Part shown: positions 38,781 through 53,048 of the stretch, one piece after another | Layout: each line of letters starts with the position of its first letter | How positions within the stretch are numbered: position 1 is the stretch's first letter | From: the human T2T-CHM13v2.0 reference genome, Homo sapiens | Reading direction: 5' to 3' (one strand) | Length of the DNA: 64,000 nt | Assembly (NCBI RefSeq): GCF_009914755.1 | Contig: NC_060927.1 | Made by a program: the position numbers and the translations under genes | The notes under the pieces: generated by a model | The model's input: the letters and a program-made list of their open reading frames with translations, nothing else | What the model was told of the DNA's origin: nothing | Databases searched by the model: none

Positions 38781-38887
38781 AAAGCAAAACAACAAAAACA
38801 CATCCCCCCCCAACACCCTTCCCCCACAAAAAAAAAAAAGAAGAAGAGGAAACTAAAAGTTTGGTTATATGAATTTGCCATAGGCAA

Positions 38888-39263
<376 letters not shown>

Positions 39264-41083
39264 TCATGCTGCTAAAAATTTTATATACAAGTGAACACAA
39301 ATTCCAGGTCTGAGTTAGAAATAAGAGGAAAAAAACAGGGATAAACACAAATAAGAAGGAAAAAAGGGAACAGTCGTTGATATGGAAAAAATTTAAAAGT
39401 AAAAAGTGAATATCATCTTGACTAAATTCATGAATTCCCAGGCAAATATTTTGTGAAAAAACTACCACATGTATGAAATTTTGATATAGGTTTGTATTTC
39501 CTTAAATATTTGCATGTAGAAAGAAAAAATATAGGGAATGACCATCAAATAGAAGCCAGGGATACTAAGCTCTTTTTTATACATGACCATAACCAAGGAC
39601 CTCCTGCTCCCACCCAGCCCTGCAAAAGCTTCTATAAATTAATTTAAAGATCCAAAGTAGAGGAAGGATCTTATAAAATGAACATGTTTTAAAAGGCTAT
39701 GAGAAAGGAAAGCACTGATAATATCCACTGAAAAGAGGTCAAATGCATTTGAATTCCTTGAGGAATCAGAGGGAGGTTTTACATTGAAAATCTGTAAAAG
39801 TCCTGATGTTTTTCAAGGGAGTAAATCAGAGACCTGTTTCAGTTCCTTGAGTTTTTAACTCATAGAGCATGAAGTTCTCTTAAATATGAAGTTCTTTTAA
39901 TTGTGAGGAGGAAAGGTCTCATCAAAATAAATATTCTTAATTGGCTCAAGAAATATCAAGCCTGCACAAGTGAATATCTGAAAAATAAATGGAAAAACTA
40001 TTCACAAATTTGTCACTAAATCATGTACAGGCTCAAGTATGTTAAATTCTATAACCTGTTCAAAAAACAGATACTTACTACATTTTGTAAGCATAGAAAA
40101 TAAATAAATATCCAATGGCAGGATCATTGGATAAATTCCAATGCCCAATACCATAAAATAATATGCAGATATTTTACAAGGAGACAGAACTCTATGTATT
40201 AACATAGAGGAATGGTCAGGACAGAACATTATATTAATATAAATATTTATGGGAAAATATGGCATTTTAATTTATATCTTTAATTCACTATATATTTATA
40301 TACGCATTATTTAAATAGATTATTAATATATTTATTTATTTTAAAATATATTTAAATTATAAAGGGGGCAGGAGGGATGTGTGTGTGTGTGTGTTTTGAG
40401 GGGGTAAATTAGAAGACTGGGGAGAATTGAGACATTCACATTAGAATTTACATATTTGTTTTGTTAATATTTTAGAATAAGAAATTTTTATGGTTATTTT
40501 GTGATGAAAATACACTTAAATCAATAAGATAAAATGGAAATCACGCCAAGGCATATTATTTTCATAGAGATGAAATCAAAGACTTGGACTTACTAAGCTC
40601 TTTGCCAAGTCAGGAATCTGGACTATCACTCAAACTCAAGCTCCAGTTTTTGAAACCCATCCCAGTTTTTGTCTCCCCACTTTAAAGTGATATATTTATT
40701 TCTAACATTAAAATTATTTTTATTTTATTATATGAATACCATAAATTTCATTTTTTGGAGATTATGATTATAAAGCTACCATACAGACATCCTTCATATA
40801 TAAATTGCAAAAAAATCCAGAGAATGGCACAAATAAAGATCATTCACTATTCCATCACTGAAAGATAACTAATGTTAAAATTATTAAGGGTATGCTTTCA
40901 GTCTTTTATTTGTGCTCATGTGTACTATAAATATTTTTAAAAGTGAGGCCACATGTACACATATATTTATAGTTTTTACATACATGTACCTATATACATA
41001 CACATGTACACATGTTTACAAAATAACATTCACAATATACTTTATGGATTTTTAAGCATACTTTATAAAAATAATTGCCATGC

Positions 41084-41574
41084 TGCCGAGACCAGCTCGG
41101 TCAGAGAGACCCTAACCCAGCGGCGCTAGAGGAATTAAAGACACACACACAGAAATATAGAGGTGTGAAGTGGGAAATCAGGGGTCTCACAGCCTTCAGA
41201 GCTAAAAGCCCCGAACAGAGATTTACCCACATATTTATTAACAGCAAACTAGTCATTAGCATTATTTCTATAGATATTAAATTAACTAAAAGTATCCCTT
41301 ATGGAAAACGAATGGATGGGCCGAATTAATTGCAGCAGGAACATGCCCTTAAGACACAGATCGCTCCTGCTTTTGTTTGTGGCTTAAGAATGCCTTTAAG
41401 CAGTTTTCTGCCCTGGGTGGGCCAGGTGTTCCTTGCCCTCATTCCCGTAAACCCACAACCTTCCAGCGTGGGCGTTAGGGCCATTATGGACATGTTACAG
41501 TGCTGCAGAGATTTTGTTTATGGCCAGTTTTGGGGCCGGTTTATGGCCAGATTTTGGGGGACTTGCTCCCAACA
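41084..41574 (-). mobile_element. MER9 solo LTR (HERV-K9/HML-3)
   Basis: Minus strand starts TGTTGGGAGCAAGTCCCCCAAAATCTGGCCATAAAC and ends GGTCTCGGCA; perfect 6-bp TSD CCATGC; inserted in an L1ME relic. Confidence 0.92.
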
Positions 41575-42928
41575 CCATGCCATTAAGCAGTCTTCTAAAA
41601 GCTCCTTACATCCGTATTTTATCTTTTGTATGGATGTGGCAAGACTTAGTCAACCAATTTATTATCATGAATTTTCACCACATGTGTCTCTGAGCATTTG
41701 TTTACACCAAACTCTACAAGTAGAATTTCCTGGTCAGAATTCATACTTTTAAGGTTTTCGATAGATCTCAGAACTGCTGTCTAGAATGATTTTATCATGG
41801 TCAGTTTGTAAGCAGGCTATTTTCTCTCACTCCAGACAACACCAGGTAATTAAAATAAATTGTGTTGTCATTTGAGTTTGCCAATATGATAGATGCAAAA
41901 AAAAAACGATATCCTTCTGGCTTTCAAACTCCAACAATTAGTGCTAGTTGAAATGCCTGACAGAATGTGTAATACTCAGGGCAAATCTTTACTGTAAAAA
42001 ACAAGTAGGTTTCCCAACTTTTAAAGAATCCACTTAGAAGTAGGTCATTTGGGAAGAACTACTAAGTACTAGTTTTGTTCCAGGTATAACCCAGATAACA
42101 ACTGAAGTCATTCATCCTGTCCTGTGAGATTCAAATCAAATTAGTTGCAATCCATCTTGTTTCCATAGAAAGCATAATATTCCCTCTGAGATGTAATCCC
42201 AAAGAGCATATGCTTTCATGGTAACCTTGTTCTCTGATTTCCCGCTGCCTCAGAACTATCCCCGTTACTCTCTGTGCCTGCAGGGCTGTCTTCCCATAAG
42301 TGCAGTGCTGATGTAGCCTGGACCACGCTCTGCACACCACTCAGGCAGCTCATTGGCCTGTGTAACAGGGATGTTGTTGGGGGTGTGGAGTGGAGAGTTT
42401 ACACTCCGACTCTACACAGACAGTGACATTTATGAATTATGAATTTATGAAACAAATGGAAATTAAATATTAGCCATTTGCATTTAAAAAAACTCATTCA
42501 GCTAGGAATTTCACATTGCCCTGGTTTTGCCTAAGGCCAACACTTGGTGACATACATCTTACCCCTCAGTCCTTCTCTGTCTTATCCTGGCCTCATTTTT
42601 TTCTGTTTCTCCTCACTCCCCTCATGCAAGTCAAACACACATTTCTTGTATGGAATAGTTTTCACAATTGATTTTTCTATCTCAAAGCCATCCAGCCAGA
42701 ACCCAGGTGACTTCACTTTCATAAGTAAATGTGCCCATTCAGGAATGTTCTTGGACAAAGGCAATTTTTTTTTCCTAGACAGGAATATTACAGCTAGCAT
42801 TAAAAGAACACATTCTGCCTCTTCACTGTTTTGAAGACAATGCTGGGAAGGATTTTTTATTCCAGGAGGACAAAAGCTGATTCCTGTTCTCCAAGCTTTC
42901 TAAACATAGCATCTCTTTCTAGTCTTAC

Positions 42929-43006
42929 GCAGAACCAAGGTATTCTTGCAGGCCTTTGGCCACCTGCTGACTTTGATCACCATCTCTGATCCTGAGCGGT
43001 CCATAT
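42929..43006 (-). ncRNA. Candidate 78-nt exon of an upstream minus-strand lincRNA
   Basis: Minus-strand acceptor tcccctgtgttcgtcttttaaatttcctcctag| and donor TGC|GTAAGA in unique sequence. Confidence 0.3.
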
Positions 43007-43290
43007 CTAGGAGGAAATTTAAAAGACGAACACAGGGGAATATACTTCGCTCAAGAACCATGGGTTAAATCTGGTACACCAGTGCCATTCTTGCTGGATC
43101 TGCAAGTCCCTACATTTTGCTATCTCATGTACAGGGTCCTGGTCATTACTGACCATCTCTTGTTACTACTCTTGACTCATTATGATGCCAGGAAATTTCT
43201 ATGCCAAATCAGCATGTGTTGAGCTTATTCAACTTGCATATGGTCTTTATCCCATTTAGCATTTGGAATGAATATATATTATTTAGGACA

Positions 43291-43322
43291 CTTTTTTTTT
43301 TTTGAGATGGTGTCTCGCTCTT
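43291..43322 (-). mobile_element. Tiny Alu 3'-end fragment
   Basis: T run followed by gagatggtgtctcgctc, embedded at the start of an MLT1-like relic. Confidence 0.6.
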
Positions 43323-43455
43323 TAATAGCAGACATCCAGCCCAAATTACCTTAAAGGAAAAGAGAGTGTACTGATTCATGTCATAGGGAAGCCCGGTAGT
43401 GGAACTCACTTCATATATCCTCTCTCTGCGTCTGTTTTTGTCTCTATCTTTCTTA

Positions 43456-43457
<2 letters not shown>

Positions 43458-43494
<37 letters not shown>

Positions 43495-43506
43495 TGTCTG
43501 TGTGTG

Positions 43507-43520
<14 letters not shown>
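43458..43520 (+). repeat. (TG)n-(TCTG)n-(TC)n compound microsatellite
   Basis: Direct read. Confidence 0.93.
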
Positions 43521-43539
<19 letters not shown>

Positions 43540-43729
43540 GTCAGATCTGTATAAGGGATAAAAGAGGCTGAGCAGTTGGCTGCAAGAGATGATCACTACA
43601 GAGCTTCAGGCAGCATGGCATCCTGGAGTTCTGATTTGGCAGTTAGTACAATGGGTTCTAGTTCAAACTTTACCCAAAGACAGTTGTATTTCCAAATATG
43701 GATCTTTCTAAAACTTGGATTCCTCATCA

Positions 43730-43895
43730 ATACAGTAGTTCACAATGAACTCTATTAGAATTACCTGGGGAGCTTTTTGAAAAGCAGGTGCTTGAGCTAT
43801 TTGGCAAATCCATGAACTCCAATCTCAGGGGAAAAAGTTACAGGTTCTGTGCACAACAAGATGATGCTGATGTGCTACCAAGTTTGGGAAACACA
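43730..43895. mobile_element. MER5-type MITE
   Basis: attagaattacctggggagctttttgaaa...gatgatgctgatgtg..ccaagtttgggaaacac. Confidence 0.65.
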
Positions 43896-44430
43896 GAAAT
43901 AGTCCATCTTTTTTGGAAGTTTTTCCCACATACAAAATGTATGACACTAGGAAGTTGTTGGAGGGTCAGATCTACCTACATACTATTTTGTAAGTTCATC
44001 ATAAAAAAAGACAATATCATTATAAATGGTTATGAAAGAACCCGATGTCCCAACTAGATTGTACATTTTTCTGAGATGAAATAAAAGGGAAGTGTTAAAA
44101 GCTCACAGAAAAACCCTTTTCAAATACGCAGGGAACATGACATGCATGCATCCTTCATATATAACCAACATAAAGATGAAACAAGAACTTGTAGAAGAAG
44201 GAAAAGAACATATAGTAAAGGCTAAATTAATTGGATATAGAACTCCTGGTAAGCCAAGATGGGAATTTTGGTGACAGGATACATGATGGATACAGGAAAA
44301 AGTAATATAACTTAATAGGTAAAGAGGGAGAACCAAGATAGGCCTCAACACTCAGAATGGTGGTCCTGACACTTCTCAGTGCAGCAAGACCTTTGATGCC
44401 TTTTATACTTAGCTTAATAACTACACTTTA

Positions 44431-44884
<454 letters not shown>

Positions 44885-45105
44885 TTAGGTTATCTTAATG
44901 GAAAGTTCAAAAAATTTTACACCCAGGCTGTCTATTTGGCGAAAGAATCCCACAGTACCTTTGATCATGAATTAGTTATCCATTTTAGGAGGGACAAAAA
45001 CAAAAAAAAAAAAACAAAACCTTATCCTATGTGAAAGCTTATACTTTGTATTAATCACCATCCTCAGGTAGATTGATTTAGTTTCCTACTTTTGATGCTG
45101 CTTTT

Positions 45106-45269
45106 TATTTTTTTATTTTTATTTTTATTTTTTAGTTTTATAATTTTTAGTAGAGTCGTGGTTTCATTATGTTGGACAGGCTTGTCTCAAGCGCCTGACC
45201 TCCAGTGATCCACTCACCTCAGTCTCCCAAAATGCTGGGATTACAGGCGTGAGCCACCGTGCCCGGCCC
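45106..45269 (-). mobile_element. AluS-like left monomer with intact TSD
   Basis: TSD gatgctgctttt on both sides; only the left arm and a T-rich tail are present. Confidence 0.88.
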
Positions 45270-45633
45270 GATGCTGCTTTTATTGTAACAATCTCACTGA
45301 CTTACTGGCTGTTTTACTTAACAGGTACCAATCATACAATGCAAACGAGCTTAGGCAAAAATAAAAGCAGGGGGTTATGTGGTTCACATAGTTGGAAGTC
45401 TAAAGGTCTGTTTCTGACTCAGCTGGGTCCAGGGATAAAATGCTGTCATCAAGAAATTGTTTTCCTGTCTCGGCTCCACTTACCTCATCTTGGCTTCATT
45501 TTGATGTAAGCTTTCTCTGTTTGGCAGCCAGATGGTAGTTGGCAACTGAAATAGCAATTATCATTATTGAAGTACTAAGATTGAGAATAGTTTACTAAGT
45601 ATCTACTCTATGCTAATGCTCTACATGTATTAA

Positions 45634-45979
<346 letters not shown>

Positions 45980-46584
45980 TATTTCCCCATTTTAGAAATG
46001 GGAAGACTAAGCCACACAGAAGTTAAGTAACTTACTGGAAATCGTACAGCTAGTGAGTGGTGGAACCAGTATTCTAATCTAGGCTCTCTGGCACCAGAGC
46101 CCTGGTTGGACCTGGATCGCTTGCTCTTGGCTTAAAGGGAGAAGACTGGGTCCACTGAATGTTATAACTCAGCATAATCATTACAAAAATAGAAAGTGAG
46201 GAGATGGTTTCTTCAAAGGAAAGATGATGGAGAGGAAAAAAAAAACAAAAGACTAAGACAAACTTTTTCTTCCCATAATTAAACAGTATATCCAGTGGAA
46301 AAAAATGCATTTGGTTGAAAGACTAATATAAGAGTTAATTAAAATTAACCTAAAATTCAGGGAGAACTGTAAGACAAATTAACTTTGGTGGGAGGAAGTG
46401 TAGTATTCAGTGAGACTGTTAGAATAAAAACAGCATCAAAAGTAGCTCTTTGATTTAAACATAGGACAAATACATTGATGTTCAAGTCTTCAGCAAGGCA
46501 GAATAGAGCTGAAAGATAAAGGAAAGTGAGAAATAATTTGAACATATTAGTTTTGGTGTTTAACCAAACACACACAGTCAGTTT

Positions 46585-46657
46585 TCTCTCTCTCTCTCTC
46601 TCTGTCTGTCTCTCTCTCTCTCTCTCACACACACACACTTTTTTTTTTTTTTTTTTT
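46585..46657 (+). repeat. (TC)n(CA)n(T)n compound repeat
   Basis: Direct read. Confidence 0.93.
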
Positions 46658-47324
46658 GGTAGGAGCATCAGAAGGGAATGTTTCTTTATAGTAGAATCAA
46701 GACTGATGGTATCTTTTAAATGATGAATTTCTTTTCCTCCAGAAAAGCCAATATTTCTTTATCCTCTGTGCCCAGACTGTTTGTTGTTTAAAAAAATATA
46801 GATTCCGAATCACACCAAAACTCATCTGAAAACAGTGAGAGGATACAAAAACAAAACAAAACAAAACAAAACCCAACTGGAGTACAGCTATACAATTCAG
46901 CATCAGATAAAGGGTGGAGTGGGCACTTTTCTTCAGTGTCTGTGCTTTACCACTCTTATCTGGCTTTCATAGCAGAGGTCAACCTGTCATTGTTATGGTA
47001 GTAAACTTTTTATGTAGGACACAGATGACAAAAACAATCATTTTTACTTTCACCACTAAGCAATACTTTGGAATAAGGTATAAAGGATGGCTATAAAGAA
47101 AAATGTAAACCCTTCTCTCTCCAACAACGTATTACACTTATTGGTGCAATATACTAGATGGAGGATTTTTATTTTCTAAAAATATTTTCATATGTTTTTC
47201 CATTACTCTTTGAATATTTTGGATGGGATTCAATAGAGGATAGTGGCAATGAATAGAATGACTTAAAGCAGAAAACTTTTTGTTAGCATGTTGGAGGAAT
47301 GTTTTCTCTCAGAAATCCATCACC

Positions 47325-47620
47325 TGCTGGGTGTGGTGGCTCATGCCTGTAATCCCAACACTTTCGGAGGATAAGGCAGGAGGATTGTTTGAACTCAGGA
47401 GTTCGAGACCAGCCTGGGCAACATAGCAAGACCCCGTCTCTTCAAACAATTTAAAAATTGGTCAGGCATGATGGTACGTGCCTGTAGTCCTAGCTACTTG
47501 GGAGGCAGAGGCAGAAGGATCACTCGAGCCCAGGAGGTCAAGGCTGCAGTAAGCCATGATGGTGCCACCGCTCTCCAGTCTGGGCAACAGAGTGAGACCC
47601 TGTCTCAAAAAATAAATAAA
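47325..47620 (+). mobile_element. AluJ
   Basis: Dimeric Alu; TSD aaatccatc. Confidence 0.94.
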
Positions 47621-48189
47621 TCCATCGCTCTTTTAAACTGTACTAGACAACTATATGTATAAAATGTATATTTTAAAAGGTGAACATATTCATCTCGTAA
47701 AGAATATAGGAAGATATATCAGTGTGATTAATCCCTTGCTAATCCCACCATCCCAACACTATGTCATGTTACCTAAATGAGGATGATTACATTAAACCCA
47801 GGTTACTACTCCAATAAGGAACTTTTTCCTCTCTCAGGGATCTTTTTTCTTATCACTGCAATGTTGCCATAATAAGAGATAGGATACCTTAAAAAGATTA
47901 AGAACAGTGTTTAAGATCAGCTTGAGTCTTCTCAAAGCAAAATAAAATCTGACTAGACAAATATGAAAACAATAGATTGACGTATTTTTAAAACCAGATA
48001 TAAATATTTGCTTTTGAGTAAATCAGCGAATTTGATGGAATGAATGTATATTGAATCTATTGTGTGTGTTTATAGATGTGGAGATACAGAATTTTAATGG
48101 TCAAAATTATGTTATAATATAATGTCCCTTGTGGTTTTAAAAGAAATTAATTTTACTTCTTTTCATTTCATAATATTGAATTCTGATAG

Positions 48190-48993
48190 TGATATGGTGT
48201 GGGCCAGGGAAGTTCCGGGTAGAGAAAGCCGGGGTCCCTGGCCAGGGCTCTACCTTTGGGCCTATGTCCATGGACCTAAATGAGGACAGGCATTTCTGTT
48301 TTCATGCCCCAAAAGTTGCCTTTTGGCCCACCATGCCCCCCATCCTGTACCCATAAAAATCTAGGACCATAGTGGGCACACACACAAGTGGCTGGATGTC
48401 AAGAGGAGCAGAAGAAAACACCAGCAGACGCCGGCAGACACTGGCAGGTCAGCAATCATGAAAAGATGCATACGTCAAGGGGAATTCAGCCAGGGGTGGT
48501 CAGAGGAGAGTCCAACCGCTGGGCGACCCAACTCCAGGGGAGAATCACCTTCCTACTCTATCTCCCTTCTGGCTCCCCATCCAGCTCACTGGGAGTTACC
48601 TCCACCACCCAATACAATCTTGCACTCATCCTCCAAGCCCACAAGCCCACATGTGATCCCATTTTTCTGAGACATTAAGGCAAGAACTCAGGATACAGAA
48701 AGCTCTCTGTCCTTGTGATAAAGCAAAGGGTCTAACTGAGCTCATTAACACAAGCCACCTGCAGATGGCAAAGCTGAAAAAGCACACTGTAACACACACC
48801 CACTGGGGTTTTCGGAACTGTAAACACTCAACCATAGACACTGCAGTGGGGTCAGAACCCAAAAATGCTCCCCCCACTACCTGCCCATCTGCATGCTCCC
48901 CCTGGGGGTTTGAGCAGCAGGGCACTGAAGAAGGGAGCCACAGCCCTGTCGCACACTCCCTGCCAATGGGATAAGGGAACTTCTCCCATTTCA
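48190..48993 (+). mobile_element. ERV1 solo LTR of the LTR1 family
   Basis: tgata...tttca termini, gttgccttttggcccaccatgcccccatcctgtacccataaaa, ctaactgagctcattaacacaagcc; 4-bp TSD atag/acag. Confidence 0.8.
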
Positions 48994-50364
48994 ACAGTGT
49001 TTTCTGAAAAACTTTTCAAATTTAAACATATTTTCATGTGAACCTACAGACAGGTACTCATCAGAAAAATATGAAAATTAGTTTCTCCATTTACCAATTA
49101 AAAGTGTAATTTTCTTCAAACCGAATGTATTCATTCTAAATTTATCTTTGAGAAAATGGCACCATGTAATATTAGCGGCACTATACTTCACTGCAATTTT
49201 TACATATTTTTTCAAGTTACACTTCTATATTTGCTTTACCAGGCAGAATTTTATTTATTCTGTCTAAGAAGAATTCCCAAGTTTTGGTTAGCTGTCAGTA
49301 ATGTGGGCAAATTAACTTTCTTTGTATTATAATTTTCCACATTGTAATCTTCACAACTGAGTATTAGTTTCTAAGGGATTTTTTTAAAATAATAAGTCTT
49401 CAGAAAGATTACTCTTAATTATTTTCACTAATGTTTAGTATAATACCATACTTATCTATAAAAGAAGGCAGAGCTTGACATCATTTACTGTCATTCAGAT
49501 GAAATTTGTATATATTTCTGTGTATCTATGTGCTTACCCACTAGAGTTTTGTGTTTTAACTATTTAAGGTTAACTTACTGAATTAGAACTGGTAGCACAT
49601 ACAAAGCTGAATGCCACAGGATTTGGGTATGCTTTAAACAGCCAACAAACATACACTTTAGAGACTGCAGTGGTTGATTATTTCTCATCTTGCCCAAACC
49701 TTTACACTATGAGTATAGCAGCTAAAGTAATTTGGTTTTCAAATATTGATTCTAGATCAATCCCAGGCTTCAGTGAAAATACCAAGAAAGAGGTCTGATC
49801 ATAGTAAAACTTTTGTGTTGACCAATGTTAAAAACGCATCGATATGTTTAAATACATCAATTACAGAATCAGCATGAAAAAATGGAAAAATTTTATTTCA
49901 AAAAGCTTAAAACATCTCACATACTGGAAGCTGGAGGTCTATGCGGTGTCATTACTCATTGGTTATTGTGCCTTCTTCTTCTTCTTTTTTTTTTTCTCTT
50001 GATAGTGATTTGACACCAAGGCTTTGAAGTCAGGTATAATTATGTTTGCGTCCTGTTTCTACCTCCTACTAGGTTTTCATCAATTTCCTGACTTATACAT
50101 CGTAGACAATAAAACCTACTTCATAGGGTTGCTGTAAGGATCAAATGACAAATATATAGAAACCCTTGGCGTACTGCCTGGAAAAAAGTCAGTGAATAAT
50201 TAATGCTGTGGCTGTTACCATGTTATAGTTGTTGTTATTGTTGTTGTCTCCTGCTGGTAAGATGGTTTCTTAATCAGGGAGTTACACTATTTTGATCACT
50301 TAAGATAGTAATAATTAATTACCTATGAATGTCTGGGGAAGCTAGTAAGGATAAAATATCTTAG

Positions 50365-50736
<372 letters not shown>

Positions 50737-51049
50737 TAAGCACAGAAAATGGGAGAGGGAAGGAGTGACATGTGCTATGATCTCAGCCACTTGAGCAATG
50801 ATAAAGTGCTCCCAAGCCATCAGTGTGACTCCATGCATAGACTTTAGAAGTGGAAGACACTTGACTCCATTGGAGTACTCAAACCTATTTGTATTCTATC
50901 ACATGCCATGGACACGGGGACCAAATCTGTTTTGTTTCCTACTGAATCCTCAGTTTCTAGCATGGAATCCAGAATATAACAAGCACTAAATACATGTTTA
51001 TTGAATACATTTATCAGAGAGGGCATTGAAAAACAAAACTTTAAAAAAA

Positions 51050-51339
51050 TTTTTTCTTGGAGACAGAGTCTAGCTCTATCTCCCAGGCTGGAGTGCAGTG
51101 GTGTGATCTAGGCTCACTGCATCCTCCACCTCTTGAGTTCAAGCTATTCTCTTGCCTCAGCTTCCAGAGTAGCTGGGATTACAGGTGTGCACAACCACAG
51201 TCAGCTAATTTTTGTATTTTTAGTAGAGACAGAGTTTCACCATATTGGCCAGGCTGTTCTCAAACTCCTGGCCTCAAGTGATCTGCCAGCTTCGGCCTTC
51301 CAAAGTGCTGGCATTACAGCTGTGAGCCACTGCTTGGCC
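51050..51339 (-). mobile_element. Alu (S/J)
   Basis: Full dimer; degenerate TSD tgaaa.acaa.ac.tt. Confidence 0.93.
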
Positions 51340-51983
51340 TGAAACACAATACCTTTGAGAAGTTTCTACTCTCCTAGCACTCTGAAAAAATTAGCAAATT
51401 AATTTTCTTATCCAGTTTTCAAGTGATTTTTTTTACCTTATTGCAGACATATAAATCCATATTCCTTGGTACTAAGTATTATTCTTTGTGTGGCAAAAGG
51501 AGGGTGTATTAGAAAGATACTGGGTTACTTCACTAAATCTAAACAAAAAATTGACAATGAAGGGTAAGAAAAAGAGCACATTCAAGAGTATCAGCATAAT
51601 GATTCAGCTTCCAATAGCTTCCAAACACTCTGTCTTTAAATTTTCAAGAAAGATGATCTAATCATCCCAGCTTGGATGAACTGTCTAACTTTGGACCCAT
51701 CAGCAATAGAAGGGTAGCGTCACCTCTTTACAACATGTTTGTTGAGAGACTATCCCTGTGGGTAAACTTATTTCTGGGTGTGTTTGTGAGGTAGCTAGTT
51801 TTCAGCAACTAAAAGAGCTGGAAGGGAACTCATATCTATGAGAAAAAGCTAAGTTAGGCTTTGGTAACAGCCTTGAAGTCTCAGGAACTTAAACAAGTTT
51901 TAATTCTAATTCTCAGCACATTTGCTGGAGATTCTGTTCTAGATCATTCTCTAGAACCCAGAGACAGCCGCCAGTACCTATAG

Positions 51984-52194
51984 CTATGCTGTCCAATATG
52001 GTAGCCTCGAGCCACAGGTGACCATTTAAATTTAACTGCTGATTAGTTAAAATTGAATAAAATTTAAAATACAACTCCTCAGTTTCATTAATCATGTTTC
52101 AAGTGTTCAAGAGCCATATGTGGCTAGTGGCTATTATACTGGATAATGTGGAGAATACTTCCATCTTTGCAGAAAATTCTACTGGACAGTGCCG
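51984..52194 (-). mobile_element. MER3 (hAT-Charlie MITE)
   Basis: gctgtccaatatggtagcc..agccac...gccatatgtggctagtggcta...ttccatc..tgcagaaaattctactggacag. Confidence 0.9.
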
Positions 52195-52739
52195 ACCTAG
52201 AACACTGCTGGTCACTGTAGCAGAGGAAAAGAGACTTTTGGTAGGTCTTGGGCTGGCAATGAAATGCTTTAGCTCAAAAGCAGCATACATTACTTTGGCT
52301 TACAATAATGATCCCCCCCAATTTCATGGCCCCAGCCAGCATCAATAAAGTCAGGAAATGCAATTCTGCTGTGATGGTAAATTACATGTGTCAACTTGAA
52401 TGGGCCACGGGATGCCCAGATATCTGCTTAAACATTATTTCTGAGTGTGTTTGTGAGAGTGTTTCTAGAAGAGATTAGCATTTGACTGGATGGACTGAAT
52501 AAAATAAATGATTCTCCACAACCTGGGCTGGCATCTTCCAAACCATTGAGAGCCTGAATAGAACAAGAAGGCGGAGGAAGTTTAGATTTACTTTCTGCCT
52601 GATTCCTCCTGAGCTGGGACATCAATCCTCTTCTACCTTTGGCACTCCTGATTCTAAGGCCCTCACACTCGGACTGGAATCTACATATTGGCTCTTGCCC
52701 TCAGGCCTTTGATATATGTACAAACATATCTATCTTCTA

Positions 52740-53048
52740 TTGGATTAAACAAACTTGATTCCTTTTTCTATCAGATACCCCATTTATAAGGGTAATTTCC
52801 TGCCATTTACACATGTAAAGCATGGAATTTGCTTTCCACATAAAGAATTACGTTTTGTTCTTAGTACTCTAGAGGTTATGAAAATACACTCTAGTGCTTT
52901 AGAGGATTTTCCACTGGAAATCACTGAATCTTAATCTACTTTCTAAAATTTGTCTTATTATTTTTGCTGATATCCATTCAAAACAGATTTCTGCCTATAT
53001 TCTGCAAGGGAAAACCAAATAATTATCCAAACTAGTATACACACACAC
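52740..53048 (+). repeat. Direct copy (~90% identical) of unique sequence 55845-~56153
   Basis: ttggattaaacaaac...ctatcagataccccatttataagggtaatttc...ccaaacta..tacacacac at both sites. Confidence 0.97.

Noticed and set aside
41075-41752. 84-aa and 140-aa ORFs
   Set aside because: They lie antisense within the MER9 solo LTR, with no gag/pol/env similarity.
42929-43006. Kinase-like peptide QQVAKGLQEYL in one frame
   Set aside because: Too short, with no flanking HRD/DFG-encoding exons found; most likely chance.
48388-49037. Cluster of 60-120 aa ORFs
   Set aside because: They lie within the LTR1-family solo LTR.
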